NCBI GenBank assembly: GCA_964446965.1
Contig: CAYUQD010000003.1
Location: 3,989 to 67,988, forward strand
Direction: 5' to 3'
DNA: 64,000 nucleotides
Origin: an uncultured Candidatus Saccharibacteria bacterium
GTDB lineage: Bacteria > Patescibacteriota > Minisyncoccia > Phycocordibacterales > UBA9973
Shown here: piece after piece, positions 17,725-27,286 of the stretch
Position numbering within the stretch: the stretch's first letter is position 1
How the letters are laid out: the number at the start of each line of letters is the position of its first letter
The notes under the pieces: model-generated
What the model saw: the letters and a program-made list of their open reading frames with translations, nothing else
The model's database searches: none
What the model was told of the DNA's origin: nothing
Translations under genes and position numbers: made by a program

Positions 17725-18202
17725 CATTATTATTGCCATTGATCCTGGGTACGACCGCTGTGGCGTCGCGATCATTAGTGATGGAGCTCTTGCCCACTCG
17801 ACCTGCATCATCACCAACAAAAAGGATTCCCATGAGAAACGTCTGACACAGATCTATGAAACGATCACAACGTTGATCCAAGAGTGGCACCCAACACACC
17901 TCGCCGTCGAGACACTCTTCTTTTCGACCAATAAAAAGACCGCGATCAAAGTAGCAGAGGCTCGGGGTGTCATCATTCTCCTCGCCGGTATACACAACAT
18001 CGAACTCCTCGAACTCTCCCCCCAAGATGTGAAACTCGCCATGGCTGGAGTCGGCAACGCAGACAAAAAGCAGGTCCAAAAGATGGTTGCAATGACGCTC
18101 AAGATCGATATATCGGACAAACTCGATGACGAAATCGATGCAATCGCACTCGGATATGCAGCGCTCGGTCTCATACGAGTCAACCAAATGGGAAAAAGAT
18201 AA
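17717..18202 (+). CDS. ruvC: Crossover junction endodeoxyribonuclease RuvC
   Basis: MHNIIIAIDPGYDRCGVAII carries the catalytic Asp in the IDPG motif; RuvC-length domain. Start at 17717 overlaps the ruvB stop by 8 nt. The long N-terminal extension in the ORF track (from 17555) is rejected. Confidence 0.85.
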   Translation: MHNIIIAIDPGYDRCGVAIISDGALAHSTCIITNKKDSHEKRLTQIYETITTLIQEWHPTHLAVETLFFSTNKKTAIKVAEARGVIILLAGIHNIELLELSPQDVKLAMAGVGNADKKQVQKMVAMTLKIDISDKLDDEIDAIALGYAALGLIRVNQMGKR

Positions 18203-18282
18203 CTATTGGTCTTGCAAAGCAAAACACTATTTGATACAACTTAATGCATCATTATCGGAATAATTAATACAAACGCACACCC

Positions 18283-18519
18283 ATGGACGAAGAAATCGAC
18301 AAAGAAGAACTAGAAGGATTCTCTATCCTCAAAGAAGGAAGTGATGATATCGATGTAGTAGAACCAGAAGTAGAGGTAGTAGAAGAAGATCCCAACACAG
18401 CACTCTACGACAACGCATTCGCAAAAGAAGAGGACGGCTACTCCCCCGAAACGACCGACCCTGATGCACTCGAGATGTCTAAACTCATCTTTGATGAACT
18501 TGGCTACGAAGACCGGTAA
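18283..18519 (+). CDS. Hypothetical small highly acidic protein
   Basis: 78 aa, roughly 40% Asp/Glu (EELEGFSILKEGSDDIDVVEPEVEVVEEDP...). Followed by a strong terminator. Confidence 0.4.
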   Translation: MDEEIDKEELEGFSILKEGSDDIDVVEPEVEVVEEDPNTALYDNAFAKEEDGYSPETTDPDALEMSKLIFDELGYEDR

Positions 18520-18520
18520 A

Positions 18521-18552
18521 TAAAAAAACACCGCATATGCGGTGTTTTTTTA
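18521..18552. terminator. Bidirectional rho-independent terminator
   Basis: AAAAAAACACCGCATATGCGGTGTTTTTTTAT is a perfect palindrome flanked by A- and T-tracts. Lies between convergent genes. Confidence 0.65.
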
Positions 18553-18984
18553 TTTCTTTGCACTCGTACGCTTTTCTGTACATTTGGGACACAGACATCC
18601 TTTGGGTTTGATGTATTCGTTCCAGTACTCCTTGCCGTAGTCGTAGCAGAGTTCTTCGCCCGGAGCGATGTTGCGAATGGCAGAGATGTACACTCTCCCT
18701 TTTGCGGTATCGGGTTCACAGTTGGCGCGACACGAATGATTGATGTATCGGGCGACATTTTTGCGCGTCGTACCATCGATGTGACGGTTGCTCGATGTCT
18801 CGAACAAATATCGTCCACCACGTCGATTTGCCTCTGCCGCAGTGATGACATCGCCAAAGTATTCGATAATGCATTCACCTTTCTTGATCGGGACTTTTGC
18901 AAAGAGTCCGAGTCCGTTGATGCCGCGCTTGACCGAGAGATCCTTTGGGGCTGAGTACTGTGGAATATATTTGACGCGGGTCAT
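18550..18984 (-). CDS. SET-domain protein (putative protein lysine methyltransferase)
   Basis: NHSCRANCE (the SET NHSCxPN motif), ELCYDYG (the ELxxDY motif), and a post-SET Cys cluster CLCPKC. Start placed at the internal Met (MTRVKYIPQ...). Confidence 0.7.
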   Translation of the reverse strand: MTRVKYIPQYSAPKDLSVKRGINGLGLFAKVPIKKGECIIEYFGDVITAAEANRRGGRYLFETSSNRHIDGTTRKNVARYINHSCRANCEPDTAKGRVYISAIRNIAPGEELCYDYGKEYWNEYIKPKGCLCPKCTEKRTSAKK

Positions 18985-19001
18985 GATGGGATGAGTATAC
19001 C

Positions 19002-19859
19002 TTAGACACTCCATTTTGCGTAGATACCTGTCGTGAGGACGCGCTCATCATGTGCGTGCTGAATACCGACATCACCGTAGGTGATCGTCCCCTCAGGCAA
19101 GGTACCGTGTAGCAACTCTGCGAATGTGCGTGCACCGTATCCTGCAGCGTATCCATTGAGTATGACGAGACGTGCAGTAGGTGTGAGGAGTTGTGGGATC
19201 AATGCAACAAGTTCTGCGAGGGACTCCTCAATCTTCCAGACTTCCCCTTTGGGACCGCGCCCAAATGCCGGTGGATCCATGACGATAATGTCGAATCGTT
19301 CTTCACGTTGTACAAGCCGCTTTGCATACCGCAGTGCGTCTTCGCAGATGACACGCAATGCGTCTGGTGCGAGACCAGAGAGTGCTGCATTTTCTTTGAC
19401 GATATCTATCGTACCCTTTGAGGCATCGACATGGGTGACCTTAATCCCCGCCTTTGCAGCTGCGACACTTGCCGCTCCGGTGTAGCCAAAGAGGTTGAGC
19501 ATCGTGAGGTCACCATGTTTTGTACCAAGCACGTGTAGCTCATCCCATTGCATCGCATGTTCTGGGAATATTCCAACATGCTTGAATCCTTTGAACGAGA
19601 GCGCAAGTGTAATGTCGTTGTAGGTGATATTCCATGACTCTGGAGTACCGGATGCGACAGTCCATCGCTCACCTTTGTCTGCCCAGAGGAACTGCGCCTG
19701 CGCATCGAGCCATCTGTCGGTATGTAGTTTGTGTCCCAATGCTTGTGGGTCTGGACGATCAAGAACTACTCCCCCGACCAGTTCGAGACGGCGTCCATCT
19801 CCACTATCGAGAAGTTGATAATCGTTCCACCCTTTTGTGATTGTATCGATGCGTTTCAT
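19002..19859 (-). CDS. Class I SAM-dependent RNA methyltransferase (RlmI/RlmKL-like; DPPAF motif)
   Basis: LNLFGYTGAASVAAAKAG (motif I) and IVMDPPAFGRGPKGEVW (motif IV), as in rRNA m5C/m2G methyltransferases. Confidence 0.7.
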   Translation of the reverse strand: MKRIDTITKGWNDYQLLDSGDGRRLELVGGVVLDRPDPQALGHKLHTDRWLDAQAQFLWADKGERWTVASGTPESWNITYNDITLALSFKGFKHVGIFPEHAMQWDELHVLGTKHGDLTMLNLFGYTGAASVAAAKAGIKVTHVDASKGTIDIVKENAALSGLAPDALRVICEDALRYAKRLVQREERFDIIVMDPPAFGRGPKGEVWKIEESLAELVALIPQLLTPTARLVILNGYAAGYGARTFAELLHGTLPEGTITYGDVGIQHAHDERVLTTGIYAKWSV

Positions 19860-19864
19860 TGTTG

Positions 19865-20770
19865 TTATTGTGGTGTCGTCGAATTGGTGAGTGCTGGTGC
19901 GAGATCAGGATACTGGAATACGAATCCTTTGTCGAGGAGGAGTTGTGGACTGACACGTTGATTGCGGGTGAGTTCAGGGACGAGTTCTGCCCCAAAGAGT
20001 ATTCGTTTGATAAAACCAGGAATGCTGCCGAGTATTCGACGGTGTAGTACTCGACTAAGGGTCGCCATGAATGTGCTGTGCATGAGTTCGGTTGGTGCGA
20101 CTGCGTTGACCGGTCCCTGCAATGTCGAGGTCTGTAGTGCAAAGATGTACGCATTCACAATGTCGTCCTCGTGGATCCATGGTTGCCAGAAATCTGTACG
20201 AGAGAGCTTCATAAGGAACCCAAACCGTGCAGTCTTTGTGAGCTCGCCAAGCATTCCACCGTGTCCGACAACGGGTGCAGTGCGGATGGTCACCACTCGC
20301 GTCCCAAAGGATTCGGCAGCAAACGCTTGTGCTTCCCACTCTCCAACGACATCTGCAAGGAATCCTGTGCCTCGCTCGCTCTTCTCGGTGAGTTCTTCAC
20401 TCCCGCGTTCACCATAATATCCGACGGCGGATGCATTGATGAGGATACCCGGACGTGCTGTTGCTCCTCGCATACTCTCGACAATATGACGAGTGCTGAT
20501 GATGCGACTATCGTGAATGAGTTGCTTGTATGAAGGTGTCCACTTTTTATTGATAGGCGCACCTACAAGGTTGATCACTGCGTCGGTATGTTCGAGGACG
20601 TTAAAAGGGAGTTGGTTCTTTGTACTGTCGCAGGCAATATAGTACAACCGCTCGTGCGTGAAGCGTGGCGCTACACGGTCAATAACAACCACAGTATCTC
20701 CGAGCGCCAAGAGTTTGCGTGTGAGCTGGGTCCCAATGAAGCCTGATCCTCCAGCTATAACAATAGTCAT
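19865..20770 (-). CDS. TIGR01777-family epimerase/dehydratase-like protein (YfcH-like, NAD-binding Rossmann plus DUF1731)
   Basis: MTIVIAGGSGFIGTQLTRKLLALGDTVVVIDR is the GxxGxxG Rossmann motif. The C-terminal region matches the DUF1731 pattern. Confidence 0.75.
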   Translation of the reverse strand: MTIVIAGGSGFIGTQLTRKLLALGDTVVVIDRVAPRFTHERLYYIACDSTKNQLPFNVLEHTDAVINLVGAPINKKWTPSYKQLIHDSRIISTRHIVESMRGATARPGILINASAVGYYGERGSEELTEKSERGTGFLADVVGEWEAQAFAAESFGTRVVTIRTAPVVGHGGMLGELTKTARFGFLMKLSRTDFWQPWIHEDDIVNAYIFALQTSTLQGPVNAVAPTELMHSTFMATLSRVLHRRILGSIPGFIKRILFGAELVPELTRNQRVSPQLLLDKGFVFQYPDLAPALTNSTTPQ

Positions 20771-20863
20771 AGCTGTATGGTATCACGATATTTTGCATAC
20801 CTTGTGATAGACAACATAACTCACTCTTTTGCAAAAACCGAGTTCTAGGATAGTATGCGCCAT

Positions 20864-21022
20864 ATGGATGGATTCCTCGATATCGTCGAAAAGGTACTCC
20901 TCGCAATACTCAACTTTGCGCTCTTTGTCGTGCTCTCTCTACTCTTTCTCCCCGCATTCCTCATTGTGCAGTACCTCCAAAAGCCGTGGGAGGACTCAAT
21001 GAAAAAGAACCTCAATCTCTAA
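20864..21022 (+). CDS. Possible small membrane protein (52 aa)
   Basis: Hand-translated: MDGFLDIVEKVLLAILNFALFVVLSLLFLPAFLIVQYLQKPWEDSMKKNLNL. One TM helix. Below the ORF-track cutoff; speculative. Confidence 0.2.
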   Translation: MDGFLDIVEKVLLAILNFALFVVLSLLFLPAFLIVQYLQKPWEDSMKKNLNL

Positions 21023-21028
21023 AAGGTG

Positions 21029-22222
21029 TTAGATGATTTTAATAAATCTATTTTTGCCGACTTTGTAGGTAGCGAGAGTTGCAGGAAGTTTTGCATCAAG
21101 CACCTTTTCTTTGGTATCGAAGTTTGAGATTGCACCTGCATCGAGGAGTCGACGGAGCGCGCTCTTTGATTCGACTACTCCTTCACTGAGGAGGATGTCT
21201 TCGAGTGAACGCGCGTTGCCAGTCACCTCTGTACTGACATCGGTACTTTCTCTCTGTTGGAATGTCGCGACGAATGCGTTCTCGGCAGCGATCGCACTCT
21301 TTTCATCGGTACAACTTTTCACTATCTCATATGCGAGGCGCATCTTGATGTCTCGGGGGTTGATACCGCTATCGAGCTCACCTTTGATCGCATTGACTTG
21401 CGACATCGTGTAGTCAGTACAAAGCTCAAACCCTGAGAGGATCATGCCATCGGTCCAACTCATGATCTTGCCGTACATATCACTCGGAGTGTCAGTGAGT
21501 GCGATCATGTTGCCAGTGGTCTTGCCCATCTTTGACCCTGTATTGTCTTCGAGGAGTTTCATCGTGATCACGAACTTCTCTTTGTCTTTCATCTGCCGCA
21601 TGAGGGTTCGGCCAGCGAGCATATTGAAGAGTTGGTCATTGCCCCCAACTTCTCCATCGACATCCATGTGGACTGAGTCGTACCCCTGCATGAGTGGGTA
21701 CATAAATTCGTGCACATATATTGGCTTGCCTTCTGCGTGGCGCTTCACAAACATGTCGCGCTTGAGCATCTGATCCACCGTCATTTGGGACGCGAGGTTG
21801 AGTACATCGGCAAATTTCATTTTGCCGAGCCAGTCGTTGTTGAATTTCACCACAGCAGCGTTCGCTCCGCTAAATCGGATGAACTTGGACGCCTGCTTTT
21901 TGTACATCTTGAGGTTCGTCTTGATCTCTTTCTCAGTGAGTGGTTTGCGCACAGAGAGTTTGTCCGGATCGCCGATGCGCGCCGTGAAGTCCCCAATCAG
22001 AAATATGATCTTGTGCCCGAGGTCTTGGAACTGGCGAAGCTTGCGCAACTGAATGACGTGCCCGATGTGCAGTGTCGTACCAGTAGGATCGAAACCTGCA
22101 TAGATCGACAGTTTCTTGGTACCAGATATCGCCGCCTCGACGAACCCCTTGCTTGGGAGGATTTCTGAGACACCCTTGTGCAACACGAGATCAATAAGTT
22201 CCTGCTTGGTCGGCTTGTCCAT
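21029..22222 (-). CDS. tyrS: Tyrosine--tRNA ligase
   Basis: HIGH motif (TLHIGHVIQL); KMSKS variant (KMGKTTGN); C-terminal S4-like domain. Confidence 0.9.
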   Translation of the reverse strand: MDKPTKQELIDLVLHKGVSEILPSKGFVEAAISGTKKLSIYAGFDPTGTTLHIGHVIQLRKLRQFQDLGHKIIFLIGDFTARIGDPDKLSVRKPLTEKEIKTNLKMYKKQASKFIRFSGANAAVVKFNNDWLGKMKFADVLNLASQMTVDQMLKRDMFVKRHAEGKPIYVHEFMYPLMQGYDSVHMDVDGEVGGNDQLFNMLAGRTLMRQMKDKEKFVITMKLLEDNTGSKMGKTTGNMIALTDTPSDMYGKIMSWTDGMILSGFELCTDYTMSQVNAIKGELDSGINPRDIKMRLAYEIVKSCTDEKSAIAAENAFVATFQQRESTDVSTEVTGNARSLEDILLSEGVVESKSALRRLLDAGAISNFDTKEKVLDAKLPATLATYKVGKNRFIKII

Positions 22223-22269
22223 ACAGGAGGGATTGTAGCATTTCCCATCAAAAAACTCCTTATACAGTA

Positions 22270-22500
22270 TTAATGTATAAGGAGTTGAAATGTTCCGGGA
22301 TATGCTAAGAGATATCCGACAAGGAACACAATGATATAGCGCCAGTGCTTTTTTACAAATCCAGCAATGTGCTTCTGGGAAGATTGGAGGTACTTCTTGT
22401 GGTCTTTAACTATTATAGAAAAGAATAGTCCTATGATCCAAAGAAAAACAGCTATTTGTACTATGACACCGAGCGCAGTATCGAGCATACCGTTTGGCAT
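22270..22500 (-). CDS. Hypothetical small membrane protein
   Basis: 76 aa with two hydrophobic helices. AT-rich context. Confidence 0.3.
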   Translation of the reverse strand: MPNGMLDTALGVIVQIAVFLWIIGLFFSIIVKDHKKYLQSSQKHIAGFVKKHWRYIIVFLVGYLLAYPGTFQLLIH

Positions 22501-22636
22501 AAAGATGAAGTTTTGGTGAACAATTTATGAGTATATTATATACCAAAATATGACTTTTGTCAATATAAAGTTTATGGTTTATTGAGGTAATTATTCTCTT
22601 AAGAAAAAATTTATCTCTTTTCCCTATACTTAGTAT

Positions 22637-23017
22637 ATGGAACATGAATACGACACGTGGAATACATTGAAAAAGAAGTTGAATGCAAGAACAACTCCAG
22701 TATATGCAAATACTCGAGAAATATGGTGGTGTTCATTTGGACTCAATGTCGGTACCGAACTCTATGGCAAACACGAACTTTTTGAGCGACCTATTCTCGT
22801 TCTCAAAGTATTTAATACAGAAACTATTAAGGTTATTCCCCTCACCTCTCATACACCAAACAAATTTCACATTCCTGTTCGTTGTGGAGATATAGTTTCG
22901 TACGGAAGCATTGCCCACATAAAAACTATTAGCACCAAGCGTCTCTCTCGCAAAGTTGGTCGTATAGATATGCATCAATTCAAAGAAATTATTGCTGTAT
23001 ATAAACAGTCCATCTAG
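22637..23017 (+). CDS. MazF/PemK-family endoribonuclease toxin-like protein (orphan)
   Basis: REIWWCSFGLNVGTELYGKHELFERPILVLKVFNTETIKVIPLTSH follows the PemK/MazF pattern GEIWxVxLxPxxGxExxgxRPvLVlsxxxxxxxxvvPlTS. No antitoxin ORF upstream. Confidence 0.45.
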   Translation: MEHEYDTWNTLKKKLNARTTPVYANTREIWWCSFGLNVGTELYGKHELFERPILVLKVFNTETIKVIPLTSHTPNKFHIPVRCGDIVSYGSIAHIKTISTKRLSRKVGRIDMHQFKEIIAVYKQSI

Positions 23018-23022
23018 AAATC

Positions 23023-23050
23023 GGAAACCGCATCACATGATGCGGTTTCC
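23023..23050 (+). terminator. Stem-loop after the MazF-like gene (no clear U-tract)
   Basis: GGAAACCGCATCACATGATGCGGTTTCC is a perfect palindrome. Confidence 0.35.
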
Positions 23051-23189
23051 TCGGAGCCCGAAGGCCTTATGAATAAAGTATATGTTATCTCGTTTCTTTG
23101 TCAAATAAAAAAGCCGATGATTATCAACAAATAATCTAGTGTAATCGTGCTATAACTCCTTCGTCTTTTATAAATAGCCCCCTATTGCT

Positions 23190-25715
23190 ATGATGAATGG
23201 TATGCAAAAGAAACAACACTCAATACGACAATGGTTCAAGCACTTCACGTGGAAAAAAGCTGGGATAGTAGCCATCGGGCTCTTTTTCTTCTTTTTTGGT
23301 GTGGGACTGCTCTGGGCAGCGACGATCAAACTTCCCGATATCTCGACCTTTGAGGCGCGCAAGATTGCAAACTCATCCAAGATCACCGACCGCACCGGAG
23401 AGATCGTCCTCTACGATATCAACCAAGGTGTCCGTCGGACCGAGATCCCCTTTGAAGAGATGGGCGACAATATCAAGAACGCCGTCGTCGCAATCGAGGA
23501 CGCGCACTTCTACACACACTCTGGTATCCGCCCGACGTCCATCATTCGTGCAATATTCGTCAACATCACTTCTGGTTCATTCTCCCAAGGAGGCTCGACA
23601 CTGACCCAACAGATCATCAAGAACACCCTTCTCAACACTGACAAGACCGTCGTTCGCAAATTCAAGGAATGGGTACTCGCACTCAAGCTCGAGCGAGAGT
23701 TCACCAAAGATCAGATCCTGACTATCTACCTCAACGACGCACCATTTGGGAGTACTATCTATGGAGTCCAAGAAGCATCAAAGGCATTCTTCCTCAAAGA
23801 CGCAAAGGATCTGACACTCGCCGAGAGTGCGTACCTCGCAGCCCTCATGCCGGCACCGTCATATTACAGTCCATTCGGCCAACACAAGGACAAGCTCGAT
23901 GGTCGCAAAGACCTCGTCCTCTCCAAGATGGCGCAGTACGGATACATCACCTCTGACGAAGCAGCGACTGCAAAGGCAGAAGTGGTTGAATTTAACATAT
24001 CTGCATCCAACAGTATCAAGGCTCCTCACTTCACGTTCTGGATCCTCGACTATCTCGAGGCAACCTATGGCAAGGACGTCATGGAGTCAGGTGGATATAC
24101 GATCAAAACAACGCTTGATTTTGAGTTACAAAAAACCGCCGAAGCAACGATCACCGAATTTGCGGCGAGTAACCTCAGTCGGTATAACGCATCGAACTCT
24201 GCGATGGTTGCTATCGACCCAAAGACTGGGCAAATCCTCTCAATGGTTGGATCCAAAGATTACTTTAGCAAAGACATCGATGGTGCATACAATGTCGCGA
24301 CTGCACTTCGTCAACCAGGTTCATCATTCAAACCATTCGCATATCTCACTGCATTTACAAAAGGATATACTCCCGACACTATCCTCTTTGACGTACCGAC
24401 AGAATTCTCGACATCATGTCCTCCTATCACTACTCCCGCAGCAGGCAATACTGACGACGCGTGTTATCACCCCCAGAACTTCGATGGCAAGTTCAAGGGA
24501 CCACTCTCAATGCGTAGCTCGCTCGCCGAATCCCGCAACGTACCATCTGTAAAGACACTCTACCTCGCTGGAGTAGATGACGTCGTCGACAACGCCCATA
24601 AACTCGGTATCACCACCCTCAATAACCCAAAATCTATCGGCCTGTCGCTCGTGCTCGGAGGTGGTGAAGTGAAACTCCTCGATATGACGAGTGCGTACTC
24701 AGTATTTGCCAATAGTGGCGTGCGCAACCCTGCAGTCGGCATACTCGAAGTCAAAGATAGGTCTGGCAAGATCATCGAAGAGTTCACCGAAGACTCTCGT
24801 GAAGTCATCGACAAGAATGCCGTCCTCACACTCAACGACGTCCTCAGTGATGCATCGGCTCGTACTCCAACCTTTGGTGGAGCAATCACTATCCCAGGAG
24901 TCGCTGTAAAGACTGGTACCACCAACGACGAGCGTGACGCGTGGATCATTGGCTACACCCCAAACCTCGCAGTCGGAGTATGGTCTGGAAATAATGACAA
25001 TAAATCAATGCGTAGTGGTGGTTCTGCGGTGTCCGGTCCTATCTGGAAAAAATTTATGGAACAAGCACTCCAAACTATCCCTACAACACCCTTCGAAAAG
25101 CCAGCTCCCGACCCTGACTACGACACCCTCAAACCTATCCTTCGCGGCAAATGGATGGGCAACCGCACTGTTGAAGTCGATCGTGTGACCGGACTTCTAG
25201 CAACTGAGGCTACTCCACACGAATCCCGTATCGAAAAGATCATTACCGATGTCCAAGATATCCTCTACTGGGTCGACAAGAGCAATCCTCGCGGACCTGC
25301 CCCTACCAACCCGAATAATGATCCCCAGTTTCGTCTCTGGAATCCTCCCGTGCAAACATGGTGGATCAATAACTATATGAAGTATCCAGGTACAAGCATT
25401 AGTGATATACCGACTGAATACGACACTGTGCATACCAGCGACAACCTTCCTTCTATTATCATAGGTGGTATATCTGATACGATGAATAGTTCTAGTACAA
25501 CAACGATATCAATATCTACTGATGATCAGTACCCCCTCACATCAGTTGACCTGTTTGTGAATAATACATTCATTACTAGTCTATCGAATCCGTTCCGATT
25601 TCGTTTTACTCCGAGTGATTACAACTACGGTCCTGGTACATATACCATCAAAGCGACAGGAACAAATAGTATCTTTAGTAAAAGTAGTATTGAAAAAACA
25701 TTTACTATTATCTAA
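23190..25715 (+). CDS. Class A penicillin-binding protein (PBP1A-type, glycosyltransferase GT51 plus transpeptidase, with C-terminal extension)
   Basis: GT51 motifs EDAHFYTHSGI and GGSTLTQQ. Transpeptidase motifs SSFKP, SxN region and KTGTT. Roughly 150 aa of extra C-terminal domain. Confidence 0.9.
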   Translation: MMNGMQKKQHSIRQWFKHFTWKKAGIVAIGLFFFFFGVGLLWAATIKLPDISTFEARKIANSSKITDRTGEIVLYDINQGVRRTEIPFEEMGDNIKNAVVAIEDAHFYTHSGIRPTSIIRAIFVNITSGSFSQGGSTLTQQIIKNTLLNTDKTVVRKFKEWVLALKLEREFTKDQILTIYLNDAPFGSTIYGVQEASKAFFLKDAKDLTLAESAYLAALMPAPSYYSPFGQHKDKLDGRKDLVLSKMAQYGYITSDEAATAKAEVVEFNISASNSIKAPHFTFWILDYLEATYGKDVMESGGYTIKTTLDFELQKTAEATITEFAASNLSRYNASNSAMVAIDPKTGQILSMVGSKDYFSKDIDGAYNVATALRQPGSSFKPFAYLTAFTKGYTPDTILFDVPTEFSTSCPPITTPAAGNTDDACYHPQNFDGKFKGPLSMRSSLAESRNVPSVKTLYLAGVDDVVDNAHKLGITTLNNPKSIGLSLVLGGGEVKLLDMTSAYSVFANSGVRNPAVGILEVKDRSGKIIEEFTEDSREVIDKNAVLTLNDVLSDASARTPTFGGAITIPGVAVKTGTTNDERDAWIIGYTPNLAVGVWSGNNDNKSMRSGGSAVSGPIWKKFMEQALQTIPTTPFEKPAPDPDYDTLKPILRGKWMGNRTVEVDRVTGLLATEATPHESRIEKIITDVQDILYWVDKSNPRGPAPTNPNNDPQFRLWNPPVQTWWINNYMKYPGTSISDIPTEYDTVHTSDNLPSIIIGGISDTMNSSSTTTISISTDDQYPLTSVDLFVNNTFITSLSNPFRFRFTPSDYNYGPGTYTIKATGTNSIFSKSSIEKTFTII

Positions 25716-25962
25716 TACTCTTTACGAGTAGTTTGTGTTCAGTGAATGCTTTCACGAGATGGTCCTGCTTTAGACGCAGGGCCATTTTCATTGTGGGAGA
25801 AACATGAAGTGTGAGAACACCTTCTTTGAGGGACACAACATTCTCGGGAGTGAGCGTGATGTTGGTAACCGATTTGATCACAGTAACCACAGTATCTTTG
25901 TACGCAGACTGTGCATCAATCTTTTGCTTGAGTCCATAGAGAATACTGTTGAACAAAGACAT
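25708..25962 (-). CDS. DUF721/DciA-like small protein downstream of dnaN
   Basis: 84 aa. VVSLKEGVLTLHVSPTMKMALRLKQDHLVKAF fits the DUF721 pattern (G-L-v-v-s--w--eL). Its position directly after dnaA-dnaN is typical of this family. Confidence 0.45.
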   Translation of the reverse strand: MSLFNSILYGLKQKIDAQSAYKDTVVTVIKSVTNITLTPENVVSLKEGVLTLHVSPTMKMALRLKQDHLVKAFTEHKLLVKSIR

Positions 25963-25968
25963 ATATAT

Positions 25969-27066
25969 TTAGCGATTGGTTGGCATCAAAAGGTAGAGGA
26001 AATGAGTGTCGTTGACTGAAGTAATAACAATAGGCTTGTTGGGTTTAGTAAATGAGAGTACAACACTATCTCCAGTGAGCGCCCCAAACACATCAAGGAA
26101 ATATTTGAGATTACAAATAACCTCTATTGGATTGCCTTGTACTACTCCATCAATGACTGATAGAGATGATCCGACGTCACTATTCTTTGATGAGATGGTG
26201 ATCTGTTTTTTACTTGGATCAATCGCAAAGACAACTTGTAAAAATTTGTCTGCAAAAATAGTCGAGAGACGAAGGGTATTGAGAAGGTCTTGCTTCATCA
26301 CCACAACTTTTGTTTCTTCTTCTTTTGGAATAATGAGTTGGTATGGTGGAAATCCTCCATCAATAAGTCGAGATGTAAAGTAGATAGTGGCTCCTCGAAG
26401 TGATATCTGATTGCGCGTATATGATATAACCGCAGTATCTCCACAAACTTCAAGTGCACGCAAGAAATCTCCCACATTTTTGTACGGAATGAGTATTTTT
26501 GAGATATCAGGAATACCTTTAATAGAGATTTTCTTTTCAGCGAGGCGGAATGAGTCTGTTGCAACTATATACAGAGTACCTTGCTCACTATAGAGATATA
26601 TACTCGAGATCTCAGGTTTGATCTCACTCACTGCCGCAGCAAAATAGACACTTCGTATCCCTTCGAGCAGTACATCACTCTTTATTTCAAATTGATCCCC
26701 TTCTACAGTTGGGAGTGCGGGAAATTCTTCTGGAGGAAGAGACTTGATCACTGTGGTCGTCTTTTGTGATGCTAGGGTAAGGTTGTCATGCTCGAGACTG
26801 AGTTCTATATCTGCTGTCCCAGAAAGGTTATTACATACATTTGCAACAACATCTCCCTTAACAACAACAGTGCCTTCTATTTCTACTTTTGCAGGTATTT
26901 CTACTTCTATTCCAACTGCAAGGTTAGTAGAACGAATCTTTATAGATTTACCCGACGCAGTGATGAGAATAGAGTGAAGAATAGGAAGCGTGAGATTCTT
27001 GCCCGTCATACGATCAGCGAGAGATACTGCGTGTTTTAATTTTTCTACTTGGCAGATTGCTTTCAT
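25969..27066 (-). CDS. dnaN: DNA polymerase III beta sliding clamp
   Basis: Full-length, three-domain. Contains ATDSFRLA and other clamp signatures. Sits immediately downstream of dnaA. Confidence 0.9.
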   Translation of the reverse strand: MKAICQVEKLKHAVSLADRMTGKNLTLPILHSILITASGKSIKIRSTNLAVGIEVEIPAKVEIEGTVVVKGDVVANVCNNLSGTADIELSLEHDNLTLASQKTTTVIKSLPPEEFPALPTVEGDQFEIKSDVLLEGIRSVYFAAAVSEIKPEISSIYLYSEQGTLYIVATDSFRLAEKKISIKGIPDISKILIPYKNVGDFLRALEVCGDTAVISYTRNQISLRGATIYFTSRLIDGGFPPYQLIIPKEEETKVVVMKQDLLNTLRLSTIFADKFLQVVFAIDPSKKQITISSKNSDVGSSLSVIDGVVQGNPIEVICNLKYFLDVFGALTGDSVVLSFTKPNKPIVITSVNDTHFLYLLMPTNR

Positions 27067-27286
27067 ATTTTTTATATTAATTACTCTAGGCTTACTATAG
27101 GATGTGGATTGTGGATAAGATCTCTTTTGTGTTGATGTATAACGGTTAATTTGGAATTAGTAAATGTGGATATAAAGAGAAAAGATGGGATATGTTTTAA
27201 TGGAGGAGTACTTATACATTCATTGTTCAGAGTTTTTGCGAATAGTATTCTATTGTTGTTCCTTGTTATCCACATACTACACACAG
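27067..27286. other. Putative oriC segment: DnaA-box cluster plus AT-rich unwinding region in the dnaA-dnaN intergenic spacer
   Basis: TGTGGATAA (27110-27118) and TTATCCACA (27265-27273) are perfect consensus DnaA boxes. TGTGGATTG (27103-27111) and TGTGGATAT (27165-27173) are near matches. Flanking AT-rich runs. Confidence 0.55.

Noticed and set aside
23023-23050. Perfect palindrome after the MazF-like gene as a strong intrinsic terminator
   Set aside because: No U-tract follows the stem. Kept only as a low-confidence hairpin; it could instead be a protein-binding site.
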